Shown here in pieces: positions 26,247 to 36,170 of a stretch of 64,000 bases of DNA; position 1 is the stretch's first letter, and the number at the start of each line of letters is the position of its first letter. Below the pieces are notes generated by a model that did not search any database, was not told the origin of the DNA, and saw nothing but the letters and a program-made list of their open reading frames with translations. The position numbers were made by a program, and so were the translations under genes. The stretch is from positions 64,904 through 128,903 of the forward strand of contig CAYSRJ010000003.1 of assembly GCA_964433545.1 (NCBI GenBank). Direction: 5' to 3'. Origin of the DNA: an uncultured Spirochaetota bacterium. Its GTDB lineage: Bacteria > Spirochaetota > B62-G9 > DRHN01.

Positions 26247-27651
26247 AAATCGAAATATCGATATTGAGCGTTTTTATCATGTCCTGAAACTGCCTCCTGT
26301 CAAGTCCGGCGCTCTTCGCGCTTACACTTACATTCCCCCCGTTTTTAATAAGAAGCTTTTCGATAAATAGTTTCTCGAGCTGTTTTTTCCTCTCTTTGAG
26401 AACCCCGGATTTGTATTTTTTAAATTCCTCCCATGTGCCGGGAATATCTTCATCGCTGTATTCCGGAATTACTTCCTTCGACTCGTGCAAATCAACATCT
26501 ATCAGGACCCTTTTTATCACGCGGCCGTTTTCAGCCATAAGCACCGAACGCTCCATTGTATTTTTCAGTTCCCGAACATTACCGGGCCAGTTGTAGTTGA
26601 AAAGTTGCAGCTTTGCTTCGGGAGAGAGGATAAGCTCCGCATTCTTCTGTTTTAAAAAATATTCAACAAGCGGTATAATATCACATTTTCTATCATTGAG
26701 CGGGGCAATGGCGATCGGAACGACCGCTATTCTGTAGTACAGGTCATTTCTGAAAGAGCCTTCATCAACCATCTTTCTCAGGTTTTTATTCGTGGCTGCA
26801 ACAAGAGACAGATCGATGCGCCTTTTTTCATTGCTTCCGATCGGATAATATTCGGGAATTTCCAGAACTCTGAGCAGCTTCGCCTGCAGCTCGAGCGGAA
26901 GTTCTCCGATTTCATCGAGAAAAAGGGTGCCTCCGTCGGAATAGGCAATCTTGCCCGTATAATCACGGACCGCGCCGGTGAATGCGCCTTTTTTGTACCC
27001 GAACAACTCTCCTTCAAGCAGGTCCTTCGGAATCGAGGCACAGTTGAGCTGCACGTAGGGACCTGTTCTTCCAGACTTTTCGTGAATATACCGGGCAATA
27101 ATCTCTTTCCCCGTACCGGTTTCTCCGTATATAACAATCGGTGAATCAAATGTCGCCGCCTTCTGCGCAAGCTGGAGCATTTGAATCGTTGCCGGGTCCC
27201 GTGTAATGAATTCCGTCTCATTCTCGTCAATAAAGACTTTATACCGGTCGTCAACCCTGACATCGCTTCTGGAAACCTCAATGTATGAAAGCGAACGTTC
27301 TATTGATCTTATCAGGTCTTCTATTTTTATCGGTTTCGCAAGATAATCAAACGCGCCTCTTTTGATAGTGTCAACAGCATGGTTTATACTTCCGTACCCG
27401 GTGAATACGATAAATGGTATATCGTGATTTATCACCTTCACACTATCCATGAACTCGATACCGTCCATACCCGGCAGGCGAACATCGGTCACAATAATAT
27501 CCGGGCGATGCTCTTTAAGGTTGCTGAATGCACCCTCGGCGTCTTTGAAAAGGTGTAATACATACCGGCTGGAGAGATTAATTCTGAGTATATCCCGCAT
27601 TTTTTCCTCATCTTCAACGATGTATATCACCGGTTTCATTTTATTTTTCAT
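26233..27651 (-). CDS. sigma-54-dependent response regulator (NtrC family: receiver + AAA+ activator + HTH)
   Basis: Receiver domain ...IIVTDVRLPGMDG. AAA+ motifs GETGTGKEIIARYIH, GAFTGA and ESELFGY. Overlaps the kinase stop. Confidence 0.85.
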   Translation of the reverse strand: MKNKMKPVIYIVEDEEKMRDILRINLSSRYVLHLFKDAEGAFSNLKEHRPDIIVTDVRLPGMDGIEFMDSVKVINHDIPFIVFTGYGSINHAVDTIKRGAFDYLAKPIKIEDLIRSIERSLSYIEVSRSDVRVDDRYKVFIDENETEFITRDPATIQMLQLAQKAATFDSPIVIYGETGTGKEIIARYIHEKSGRTGPYVQLNCASIPKDLLEGELFGYKKGAFTGAVRDYTGKIAYSDGGTLFLDEIGELPLELQAKLLRVLEIPEYYPIGSNEKRRIDLSLVAATNKNLRKMVDEGSFRNDLYYRIAVVPIAIAPLNDRKCDIIPLVEYFLKQKNAELILSPEAKLQLFNYNWPGNVRELKNTMERSVLMAENGRVIKRVLIDVDLHESKEVIPEYSDEDIPGTWEEFKKYKSGVLKERKKQLEKLFIEKLLIKNGGNVSVSAKSAGLDRRQFQDMIKTLNIDISIFKSF

Positions 27652-29749
27652 TGTCTTGATCCCGAGTCGGCGATTGCGGGATTGTGCACTTGAAACGGGC
27701 ACCCTCTTTAGACGGCAGCAGGGTGATACTTCCGAACAGGTTTTCAATAAGTTTTTTTGTTACGGCCAGGCCGAGCCCGGTCCCCTGTTTCTTGGTCGTG
27801 AAGAGAGGATCGAATATCTTGTCTCTTGCATGCGGAGGGATGCCCGGGCCGTTATCGCTTATAATTATTGAAACAGAACTTTCATCATATGTATAATCCA
27901 GCTGTATGGCACCCCCCTCTCCAACCGCTTCTATAGAATTTAATACGAGATTGAGCAGTATTTGAAATAGAATCGTAGATTCGGAGACAACAAAATAGGG
28001 TCTCTCGTTCACTATTTCAAAAGAAATACTGCTCTCCTTTAATTTAAAACGGAGGAAATCTTTAAGCTTATGAAAAAAAACCACAATGTCTATTCTCTCG
28101 AGTTCCGGTTTTTTTTGAAAATCGATACTCAGCATCCTGGTTGCGAGCACATTAATCCGGTCCGTTTCCTCCTGTATGTAGCGCAGCATCTTTTTTTTAT
28201 CTTCCTCATTAATATCCTCCCGCATCATGGTCTCGACAGAGGTCGATATGATTGAGAGAGGGTTTCGTATTTCATGGGCAAGTCCTGAGGACATCTGTCC
28301 CATCACCATGAGCTGCTCCATCCTGTACTGGTGCTTCTCGATCTCCCGTTCGCTCTCATACATGACACAGCGATCGATGAGAGATGGGAGCATGACCCTG
28401 ATATAATCCAGGGAAGCGATATCCTCACAACTCCACCTCTGAAATATTCCTTTTTTAGGTAGCAGAATAAGCGCGATAACATCATCTCCCCTGTTGACCG
28501 GAATGATGAGGTCCACACCAGCCTCGTGAAAAAGCCTGATTTCACGACGTTTGTTCATAAAGAAAAGCAGCTCTTCGAGGGTAATACCTCGATCAATCCG
28601 TTTCACCACCTTTATTACATCACTCGATTTTTTAACCACCGGCATACCACTGTCTTCAACGCACCGGTATTCACTCCGATCGTTATCCAGAAGAAAAAGA
28701 TGCACATCCTCCGATTTATTGTACCGGCGAAAAACAGTTTTGAGCCGTCGTGAAAGCCCCTTTAACGTTCGTGCGTAGGAAAGATACGCGAGGGTTTCCG
28801 TATCAACCGTACGTAATCCCGACACCCTGGCAAAGCTCCTTCGTAGAAAAGGAATATCCAGTAGACGCCTGAAGGTTGAAACCATCATGTAAATGACGAA
28901 TACTTCAATAACGAGGGTGACACTTACCGGAAGGATGAAAGCATTGGCGATCTTCTGCTGGTTTTTGAGAATAAAAAAGATATAGATAAATACCAGAATG
29001 GCAATAAGGGCGGGAAAGAATATTATGCCGTTTACCAATCTCTTGACATCGACGAGATGAAACCTGAATATGAGCAGCACCAGAAAAAAAGTAAAAACTG
29101 CAAGCAGAATCCCGATCCAGGGAAAGGGGATATAAAAGAAGTAATTGATAACACTGACGAGCGAAAGCAGGTATGCGAGGGGCAGGCCGATTACAATGAG
29201 CAGTTTCACCGTGAGTTTTTCGTAAGAAATTATATCTTCTCTGAATGAGCGCGCCAGATTTTTTGTTGTAAGAACAAGCAGAACAACCGAGTAGGATGAC
29301 AGAAGGAAGTACAGAGATACAAATGCAAACGGAAGATTTTTTAATGAAATGTTCTGTATGTCCGACGGTATGACGATCTTTTCACCTATGTAGGCTTTCG
29401 GGAAGGTAAAGGTAATGAGAATAGAAAATAACAGTGAGACGCTGTACAGAGAAAAAAGATAGTATTTTCGAAAAGATTTTTCTATCGGATAGAAGAGAGA
29501 GAGAGTATAGAGAAGCGGAGGAAAAAAGGACAGGCCAAGCGATCCTAACACGATGGTTGCCTTGAGATACCTCTGCTCTCCGGTCTTCAGGTTGAATAAA
29601 AGGCTTACATCGATAAGCAGAATGCACAGAATTATCAGGGTGAGTATTCTGTTCAGGTTGCTCTTCGAGTTGTACGTCCAGACGATGTATCCCAGGGTAA
29701 GATTGAGGAGAATTATTATCGTCTGTACATGAATGTAGTTGAGTGTCAT
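27641..29749 (-). CDS. sensor histidine kinase with N-terminal 7TM receptor domain, GAF-like domain, HisKA/HATPase
   Basis: Seven hydrophobic helices N-terminally. H-box MSSGLAHEIRNPL. N/G boxes (DNGPGIP, GTGLGLAV). The ATG at MTLNYIHV follows AGGAAC. Confidence 0.8.
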   Translation of the reverse strand: MTLNYIHVQTIIILLNLTLGYIVWTYNSKSNLNRILTLIILCILLIDVSLLFNLKTGEQRYLKATIVLGSLGLSFFPPLLYTLSLFYPIEKSFRKYYLFSLYSVSLLFSILITFTFPKAYIGEKIVIPSDIQNISLKNLPFAFVSLYFLLSSYSVVLLVLTTKNLARSFREDIISYEKLTVKLLIVIGLPLAYLLSLVSVINYFFYIPFPWIGILLAVFTFFLVLLIFRFHLVDVKRLVNGIIFFPALIAILVFIYIFFILKNQQKIANAFILPVSVTLVIEVFVIYMMVSTFRRLLDIPFLRRSFARVSGLRTVDTETLAYLSYARTLKGLSRRLKTVFRRYNKSEDVHLFLLDNDRSEYRCVEDSGMPVVKKSSDVIKVVKRIDRGITLEELLFFMNKRREIRLFHEAGVDLIIPVNRGDDVIALILLPKKGIFQRWSCEDIASLDYIRVMLPSLIDRCVMYESEREIEKHQYRMEQLMVMGQMSSGLAHEIRNPLSIISTSVETMMREDINEEDKKKMLRYIQEETDRINVLATRMLSIDFQKKPELERIDIVVFFHKLKDFLRFKLKESSISFEIVNERPYFVVSESTILFQILLNLVLNSIEAVGEGGAIQLDYTYDESSVSIIISDNGPGIPPHARDKIFDPLFTTKKQGTGLGLAVTKKLIENLFGSITLLPSKEGARFKCTIPQSPTRDQDNEK

Positions 29750-29857
29750 GGGTTCCTGCGGGCGACCTTCTTTACCGCATGCCACCCGCCGTGAAATTCT
29801 GACATAAAACTATCCTTATATTCAGCACATTAACCTGAACCGGTAAACCTTATTGCT

Positions 29858-29977
29858 TTATATCTCTTTTTTTAAACGCGATTCGACCTTTTTAATTCTT
29901 CGTTCCATTTCTGAGAGTTTCTTTTCATAGCTTTTCATTTTTCTCTCTAACTCTTCAATCTTCTTATCAGTATCCAT
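29858..29977 (-). CDS. small (39-aa) predicted coiled-coil protein, not in the >=60-aa ORF track
   Basis: GGGGGAGGAAAAAACACATG precedes the ORF. It encodes MDTDKKIEELERKMKSYEKKLSEMERRIKKVESRLKKEI*, a heptad-like charge pattern. It lies directly upstream of the kinase gene on the same strand. Confidence 0.3.
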   Translation of the reverse strand: MDTDKKIEELERKMKSYEKKLSEMERRIKKVESRLKKEI

Positions 29978-30113
29978 GTGTTTTTTCCTCCCCCTGTAGA
30001 AGAATAGGATTGTAGAGAAGACTACAAACTAAAAATAACAAAGATAAAAACAAATTTCAATTTTCATGTTGCAATGGGCACACAACGAAGAGAGACATTA
30101 ATTTCTGATGGAA

Positions 30114-31193
30114 CTATATCCACCTTTTTCTTTTGAACAGTATAAACATAATAATCCCGAGACCAGCCATAACACCCCACACAACTGGATATGACCACCG
30201 CCAGCCTAATTCCGGCATATGCGTAAAATTCATTCCGTATACACCTGTTAGAAATGTAAGCGGGATGAAAATCGTTGCGATCACAGTCAGGACTTTCATT
30301 ACTTCATTCATTCGATTACTCAAACTGGAAAGATAAACATCGAGCATTCCTGATATCATGTCCCTGAAAGATTCAACGGAATCGATTATCTGAATCGTAT
30401 GTTCATACACATCCCGTAGATAGGGCAGTATCGGTTTCGTAATCAGTTTTGATTCACTCCGCTCAAGTCCGGCAATCAGCTCGCGAAGGGGCCATACAGA
30501 CCTGCGGAGAAAAATCAACTCTCGTTTTAATGCGTGTATTGAAGCGGATGCAGTCACGGAAGCAGGATTGTTCAATATTTCCTCTTCAAGAAGTTCTACT
30601 CTATCCCCTATTTTTTCCATGATGATAAAATAATTGTCGATCATCGCATCAATCAAAATATATGCGAGATAATCCGCACCCATCTTCCTCACTCTCCCCC
30701 TGCTTGTTCGTATTCTGTCTCTTATTCTGTCAAACACATCACCTGGTTTCTCCTGAAATGAGAGCACGAAATTTTTACCAAGGATTATACTGACCTGTTC
30801 ATTGTCGATCCGTTCACTGTTTTCGTCGTACGACAGCATCTTCATCACAACATAGATTCGTTCTTCGAGATCTTCCATTTTTGGACGCTGATCGACATCG
30901 AGTATATCTTCGAGCATGAGCGGATGAATATCGTACTGAAGGCCTATCGTTTTAACAATCTCAAGATCGTGCAGTCCTGCAATATTTATCCAGGTAACGG
31001 TTTCTTTGTCTTTGAACGTGCCGCACTTTTCAGCCGTTGAGTATTCCTCCTCTACAAAATTGCTCCGGTTGTAGTCGAAAACCGTAATCCGTACCTCTTC
31101 TGTCCTCTTCTCACCGGTATACACAAACGACCCGGGAGGGCTTCCGACATTTTTCGTTTTTTTTCCGAAAAACCTATCCTTCAAACCTCCCAT
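30114..31193 (-). CDS. corA: magnesium/cobalt transporter CorA
   Basis: C-terminal YGMNF motif and two TM helices; AAGGAG SD. Confidence 0.85.
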   Translation of the reverse strand: MGGLKDRFFGKKTKNVGSPPGSFVYTGEKRTEEVRITVFDYNRSNFVEEEYSTAEKCGTFKDKETVTWINIAGLHDLEIVKTIGLQYDIHPLMLEDILDVDQRPKMEDLEERIYVVMKMLSYDENSERIDNEQVSIILGKNFVLSFQEKPGDVFDRIRDRIRTSRGRVRKMGADYLAYILIDAMIDNYFIIMEKIGDRVELLEEEILNNPASVTASASIHALKRELIFLRRSVWPLRELIAGLERSESKLITKPILPYLRDVYEHTIQIIDSVESFRDMISGMLDVYLSSLSNRMNEVMKVLTVIATIFIPLTFLTGVYGMNFTHMPELGWRWSYPVVWGVMAGLGIIMFILFKRKRWI

Positions 31194-31220
31194 TTCTGTT
31201 CTCCTTAACAGTAGTAATTT

Positions 31221-32105
31221 TCACTTTTTTTCTTTCATACCTTTAACAGCATCATCACACACATCTTCGACGATCTGAACTGGAAACGGGTTGGTTACTG
31301 TTCCCGAGTAGATGCTCATATGCGGAAATGGTATCTCAATACCCTCTTTATCGAACCGTTCTTTTATCGACTGCATGACCGAGTTTTTCAGCAGCAGGTA
31401 ATCGGTTTTTACGAACCACAGCCCGAGAAGCAGTCCTACACCGCTGGTGCCGAACTCCTTGATCACAAAAAGCGGCTCGGGATTGTCAAGACAGTACGGA
31501 TTGTCTTTGGCAATCTCCAGAAGTATCTCTTTCACTCTGCCGAGGTCCTCTTTATAGGCAATACTGACATCGATATTGAGCCGCCTGATTGGAAATCTGG
31601 TGACATTGGTGACCTCAGTTTTGATCAACGTTTCATTCGGTATCCGAATAAACATATTGTCGAAAGTCCTTATTTTGATGGATAAAAGATCGATTGATAA
31701 AATGATTCCCGTCGTGTCACCCACCTTAATTATGTCGTCCACTGCAAACGGTTTTTCAGAAATGAGAAAAATACCGCTGATAATGTTGGAAACACTGGTC
31801 TGTGATGCAAACCCGAGCGCGATGCCCACGATACCGGCCGCCCCTAACAGTGCTGTGAGCTTGAAGCCAAGCTGCCGCAGAACCGTCACGAAAATAATGA
31901 GTGCCCCTGTATAAAATATAGCCTTCTTTACAAGCATCGCGGAATGCGGGGACAACCGTTTTTTAACCGTCTTTCCCGTCGTGAAGGTTATGATTTTTAA
32001 AAGAATAAAACCGGCAATGACGATTACGACAACGCGTAAACCGGTCATAAGTGTTTCACCACTCAGCAGTGTATCCATGTTAAAGGAAAAAATATTCGCC
32101 ATCAC
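31221..32105 (-). CDS. mechanosensitive ion channel, MscS family
   Basis: The three N-terminal TM helices, then a beta domain (GIALGFASQTSVSNIISGIFLISEKPFAVDDIIKVGDTTG). Confidence 0.85.
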   Translation of the reverse strand: MMANIFSFNMDTLLSGETLMTGLRVVVIVIAGFILLKIITFTTGKTVKKRLSPHSAMLVKKAIFYTGALIIFVTVLRQLGFKLTALLGAAGIVGIALGFASQTSVSNIISGIFLISEKPFAVDDIIKVGDTTGIILSIDLLSIKIRTFDNMFIRIPNETLIKTEVTNVTRFPIRRLNIDVSIAYKEDLGRVKEILLEIAKDNPYCLDNPEPLFVIKEFGTSGVGLLLGLWFVKTDYLLLKNSVMQSIKERFDKEGIEIPFPHMSIYSGTVTNPFPVQIVEDVCDDAVKGMKEKK

Positions 32106-32113
32106 GACACCTC

Positions 32114-32896
32114 CTATTCGAATGTCGTAATATGTTTCAATACGTCAAGGCTTTTTTTAAAGAGGCTTTTTGTCACCGGTACACGTTCATCTGAAATAAG
32201 CCTGCATCCCTTTTCCCATAAGGGTTTCTCATCAGAAAAAGTCACCTGACTCGGCTGTTCGATGCCGAAAAAACGGATAGTGACCTCATTTGTCCAGAGT
32301 TTTTCAGGACCGGCGAATATCCTCAAATGCTCCACATGGACGCAGATCTTTTGAAAATCGATCTGCCCCGCTGAATTGTTATGAATCAGGACAGGGCACA
32401 CAGCATATCCGGAATACTTCAGAGCCGGATCGATTGCGCGCCGTGCATGGGTATCAATACTGTAACCAAGCTCTCCGCTTATCACATCACCAAACCAGCT
32501 GTTTGGAAGCTTCGTGCTCGGAATATCACAAAGAAGTGTATCTGTTTTTTTTCCCGCATATACCCTGACCCAGACTGGAATGCGGATAAAAAACTGCGCA
32601 CTGCTTTTCGGCAGTATCTTGACCGGCAATTCCGCACTCACAACAACCACCCTGTCGGGCATTACCGGACATAATCGAGCGTAATTCGTCGCACCTGAAA
32701 AAATAAACCTGTTCCACTGTACAGACTCGGGTTTTTGAGACGGCTCCCCGATGACAGCCATGTCACTGTTATCAGCGGTGTACTCATACCCGACAAGCCA
32801 CTCTATCTTTATCGGTTTTATCCAGAGATTGAGCAGTCCGATTTTCCAGCGGTACTCGTGATCATTTTGAATTGCTTTCGGATCCCAGAGATTCAT
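32114..32896 (-). CDS. hypothetical protein (no confident family assignment), probably co-transcribed with mscS-corA
   Basis: GGGAG SD and an ATG start; ends 9 nt before the mscS-like start. No motifs recognised. Confidence 0.45.
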   Translation of the reverse strand: MNLWDPKAIQNDHEYRWKIGLLNLWIKPIKIEWLVGYEYTADNSDMAVIGEPSQKPESVQWNRFIFSGATNYARLCPVMPDRVVVVSAELPVKILPKSSAQFFIRIPVWVRVYAGKKTDTLLCDIPSTKLPNSWFGDVISGELGYSIDTHARRAIDPALKYSGYAVCPVLIHNNSAGQIDFQKICVHVEHLRIFAGPEKLWTNEVTIRFFGIEQPSQVTFSDEKPLWEKGCRLISDERVPVTKSLFKKSLDVLKHITTFE

Positions 32897-33125
32897 GTGG
32901 GCACTCCCAAACTAATAATAATCAATTATACCATACCATGGCCGGTTGAGCCTTAAATTCTTGTAAAAGTATTTGACCTGAAGGCGCTTCTTACATACTA
33001 CCATCTATGTTTTGAGATGCGAGGGAAATTACAGGAGAGTTTTGTTAGCAGATAGTTGATCCCCTGCATACGATCAACATTTCTTTTACGACGGCCGGGG
33101 TAAATAGTTTTAAAGAAAATTCCTA

Positions 33126-34535
33126 TCAGGCAATGCTTTCAACAAGCCCTTCTTCTACCTCGTCCTTCCCTATTTCTGGTACTGTTTTCTCATTCAGCTC
33201 CTTGTAAACGATACATCCCGGATCAGGACCGAGTATATTTCCGTATGCATGCGCCCGTGCCCTGCAGCCGCCGCAGATTGTCTTGTACGGACAGCTGAAC
33301 GCGAAACTGTCGCGGTCACACATCTGTTTGCTTATTTTCGAGTTTCTCCAGATGTCAACAAATCTCTGCTTCCTGATATCTCCGATTATCACATCAGGCA
33401 TGAATACGCAGGGGCTCATGAGCCCATTCGGCTGCATGGCGGCATACACCCTGCCGGCACCGCATCCTCCGGCGTATTCGATAATCCCCGCAATCTGATC
33501 GGCCTTATCTGAGGTGTAGTGAAACAACCCTGCTGTTTTACCTTGTGACCGCTCATAGATTACCCGTGCAAAGGTCGGAGATGTGCTGACAATATTTAAC
33601 CCTGTGCTCCTGCGATTTGAGTGCCATTCATAGAGGAGGTTCATCAAACCTTCCCTCTGCTCAGAAGTAAGGTCCTGATCATAATCCTTCTTGCCCCTGC
33701 CTGTTGGAATAAAGTTGTAATGGCTGAACGAGTTGACCCCGAGATTCACTGCAAGCTCGAGCACCTTCGGCACTTCATCGAAGTTTCTCTTCGTCACCAC
33801 CATGTTTATTCCAACGTGCAGGTGCTCATTCGCTGCAATATTTTTTATTCCGGCGATTGTCTTTTTGAAATTTCCATCTCCTCTGATAAAATCATGAGAC
33901 TGGGCTGTTGCGCCGTCAAGGCTCACAAAAACGTTTTGCACACCGCAGTCCGCAATACGGGTTACGTCTCTGTTTCCTAAAAGGGTACCGTTGCTTGCAA
34001 TGCTCGTGTGCAGGAACCTGCTCGCATACTTCAGCACGTCCCAGAACCGCGTTCCCAGTATGGGCTCGCCCCCTGAAAAGGCAACAAATGCAACATGGGC
34101 ATCAACCATCTGGTTGACAAGATCGATCTTCTCCTCGAAACTAAGCTCATCAGGGGCAGGCTTTCCTGCGCTCTGGTAGCAGTACCGGCACCTGAGGTTG
34201 CAAACATTGGTGAAGTTCCAGACAACAACAAGCGGTGCATCGAATCGAAACGGCTGCTTCAATCCGTATTTTCCGATTGTAGCCATGACGTTAAGGACCA
34301 TCTGTTTGTTGAATGGGCGAGTAAAAAAAATGTCTTTCATATCCCGGGTGACTCCGATTTTTTTCAACCCGATGTTCAACGCCGTCTTTACCGGTATTCG
34401 GCCGATTGCCGCCTTCAGGGAACGTTTCTTCGCCGCGCCGAAAAGCTCGTCGATTCTCATTTGCCCCGATGTGGTGTAGTGATTGAAAAGGTTTCGCACG
34501 GTCTTCCTGTTCATTACATCTTCCAATTTAGACAT
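33126..34535 (-). CDS. radical SAM / SPASM-domain enzyme with about 110-aa N-terminal extension (anSME / peptide-maturase-like)
   Basis: CNLRCRYC (CxxxCxxC) at about residue 115. C-terminal Cys-rich SPASM region CVFMPD...CPYKTICGGCRARAH. AAAGGGG SD. Confidence 0.8.
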   Translation of the reverse strand: MSKLEDVMNRKTVRNLFNHYTTSGQMRIDELFGAAKKRSLKAAIGRIPVKTALNIGLKKIGVTRDMKDIFFTRPFNKQMVLNVMATIGKYGLKQPFRFDAPLVVVWNFTNVCNLRCRYCYQSAGKPAPDELSFEEKIDLVNQMVDAHVAFVAFSGGEPILGTRFWDVLKYASRFLHTSIASNGTLLGNRDVTRIADCGVQNVFVSLDGATAQSHDFIRGDGNFKKTIAGIKNIAANEHLHVGINMVVTKRNFDEVPKVLELAVNLGVNSFSHYNFIPTGRGKKDYDQDLTSEQREGLMNLLYEWHSNRRSTGLNIVSTSPTFARVIYERSQGKTAGLFHYTSDKADQIAGIIEYAGGCGAGRVYAAMQPNGLMSPCVFMPDVIIGDIRKQRFVDIWRNSKISKQMCDRDSFAFSCPYKTICGGCRARAHAYGNILGPDPGCIVYKELNEKTVPEIGKDEVEEGLVESIA

Positions 34536-34550
34536 ATGTACCCCTTTCCA

Positions 34551-34669
34551 AGTTACTTCTCACGAAGTTGCTTTACGATACCCCGTCCTGCCAAGGATCG
34601 GTCCCCCAGGGATACATCCTGTAAAGGACGCAGACCACTTCTAAGTAACTTCGAGCAAGTTAGTTTTGA
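34551..34669. repeat. structured intergenic repeat element, copy A (longer variant of the 16447..16540 element)
   Basis: agttACTTCtcacGAAGTtgctttacgata...cgGTCCCCcaGGGAtacatcct...gcagaccacttctaagtAACTTcgagcAAGTTagttttga. It is collinear with copy B, with two insertions. Confidence 0.45.
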
Positions 34670-34770
34670 TACCTATATAAGAGCAAAATATGTGCCAAAT
34701 AAGCATCCATTTACTAAATCTATATATTAGGAAGTTTATCGAATTCATCACCTTTTCTTGAATTAACAAA

Positions 34771-34789
34771 TGCGAGAAATTATCTCGCA
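34771..34789. promoter_or_regulatory. perfect 19-bp palindrome TGCGAGAAATTATCTCGCA in the promoter region of the UPF0261 gene
   Basis: Located about 125 bp upstream of the GTG start, just after a TTGAAT -35-like hexamer. Typical geometry for a dimeric repressor operator. Confidence 0.3.
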
Positions 34790-34913
34790 CTTGCCCGCGT
34801 TTGGTGCGACCAGTCGGCTGTTTTTTCCTCTTTTCTTATAAACACAAAAATGATACACTGTGTCCCGGATAAGGCATCTCGTGTTTTGTATTCGTTTATC
34901 AAGGAAACCGGCA

Positions 34914-36170
34914 GTGAAAACTATCGTTCTCATCGGAACACTCGACACAAAGGGAGTAGAGTACGAATACATAAAACGATGTATAGAAGAAAAAGGGTGC
35001 AAAACCCTCGTTATCGATGCGGGTATTCTCGATACACCCTTCTTCCAGCCCGATGTCCCCCGTACGAAAATTGCCCGCCTGGGCGGGAGCAGCATCGGGA
35101 AGCTCGTCGAGGAAGGAGACAGGGGCAGGGCTGTTAAGACCATGAGCAGAGGAGTCGAAATCTTCCTTTCAAACCTGTACAGTAAAGGACACGTAGACGG
35201 TGTCATCGCCATGGGCGGCGGCGGCGGTACGTCCATTGCGTGCAGCGGCATGAGAGCCCTTCCTTTCGGTATTCCGAAGGTTATGGTGTCGACCCTCGCA
35301 GGCAGGGATGTGTCGGGATATGTCGGTATAAAGGACATTGTCATGATGCCGAGCATTGTCGACATATCGGGCATCAACTCTATAAGCAGGGATGTTTTTA
35401 GAAAGGCAGCGGCAGCCGTGTGCGCAATGGCTGAAGCAACCAGCCGGGATCAGAAAGACAAAAAACTCATAGCAGCAACCATGTTCGGCAACACAACGCC
35501 TGCAATTACGAATGCACGGAAAATTCTTGAGAGCACGGAGCACGAGGTCGCTATTTTTCCCTGCTCCGGGACGAGCGGCAAGGTAATGGAAGACCTCATC
35601 TGTTCGGACCGGATTGCAGGTGTTCTCGATATAACTACTACGGAGTTGGCTGATGAAATTGCAGGAGGTGTGCTCTCGGCAGGGCCGAATCGTCTCGAGG
35701 CTGCATCGAAAAACGGCATTCCGCAGGTGGTGGTACCGGGCTGTCTCGATATGGTTAACTTCTGGGAACCGGAAACCATACCCGTTCAGTACAGGGATAG
35801 AAAATTCTACCGGCACAATCAAAATATCACCCTCATGAGGACGAATATCGAGGAGAACAGGATGCTTGGCGAAATCATTGCGAGGAAACTGAATATGAGC
35901 GACGCGGGCACTCAAAAGATAAATGTCTACATCCCGCTGAAGGGATTGAGCATGATCGACAAGCCGGGAGGTCCCTTCTGGTGGCCCGAGGCGGATGCCG
36001 CATTGTTCAGCGCACTGAAGGCGAATCTCAGAAATGATATACCTTTAATTGTAATAAACTGCAACATAAACGATCCGGCCTTCTCCTCGGCCTGTGCCGA
36101 AGCACTTTTCAGACTGATGGGAGAAGACTCGGGCGAGGACGGAGGCATAAATGGACGAAACAAGAGCTGA
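34914..36170 (+). CDS. UPF0261-family protein (Tm-1-like N-terminal domain homologue)
   Basis: The GTG start after AAGGAA gives [20 protein letters not shown], the characteristic UPF0261 N-terminus. The track ORF begins at an earlier GTG. Confidence 0.7.
   Translation: MKTIVLIGTLDTKGVEYEYIKRCIEEKGCKTLVIDAGILDTPFFQPDVPRTKIARLGGSSIGKLVEEGDRGRAVKTMSRGVEIFLSNLYSKGHVDGVIAMGGGGGTSIACSGMRALPFGIPKVMVSTLAGRDVSGYVGIKDIVMMPSIVDISGINSISRDVFRKAAAAVCAMAEATSRDQKDKKLIAATMFGNTTPAITNARKILESTEHEVAIFPCSGTSGKVMEDLICSDRIAGVLDITTTELADEIAGGVLSAGPNRLEAASKNGIPQVVVPGCLDMVNFWEPETIPVQYRDRKFYRHNQNITLMRTNIEENRMLGEIIARKLNMSDAGTQKINVYIPLKGLSMIDKPGGPFWWPEADAALFSALKANLRNDIPLIVINCNINDPAFSSACAEALFRLMGEDSGEDGGINGRNKS

Noticed and set aside
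35169-35915. 248-aa minus-strand ORF
   Set aside because: Antisense to the UPF0261 gene; no motifs.
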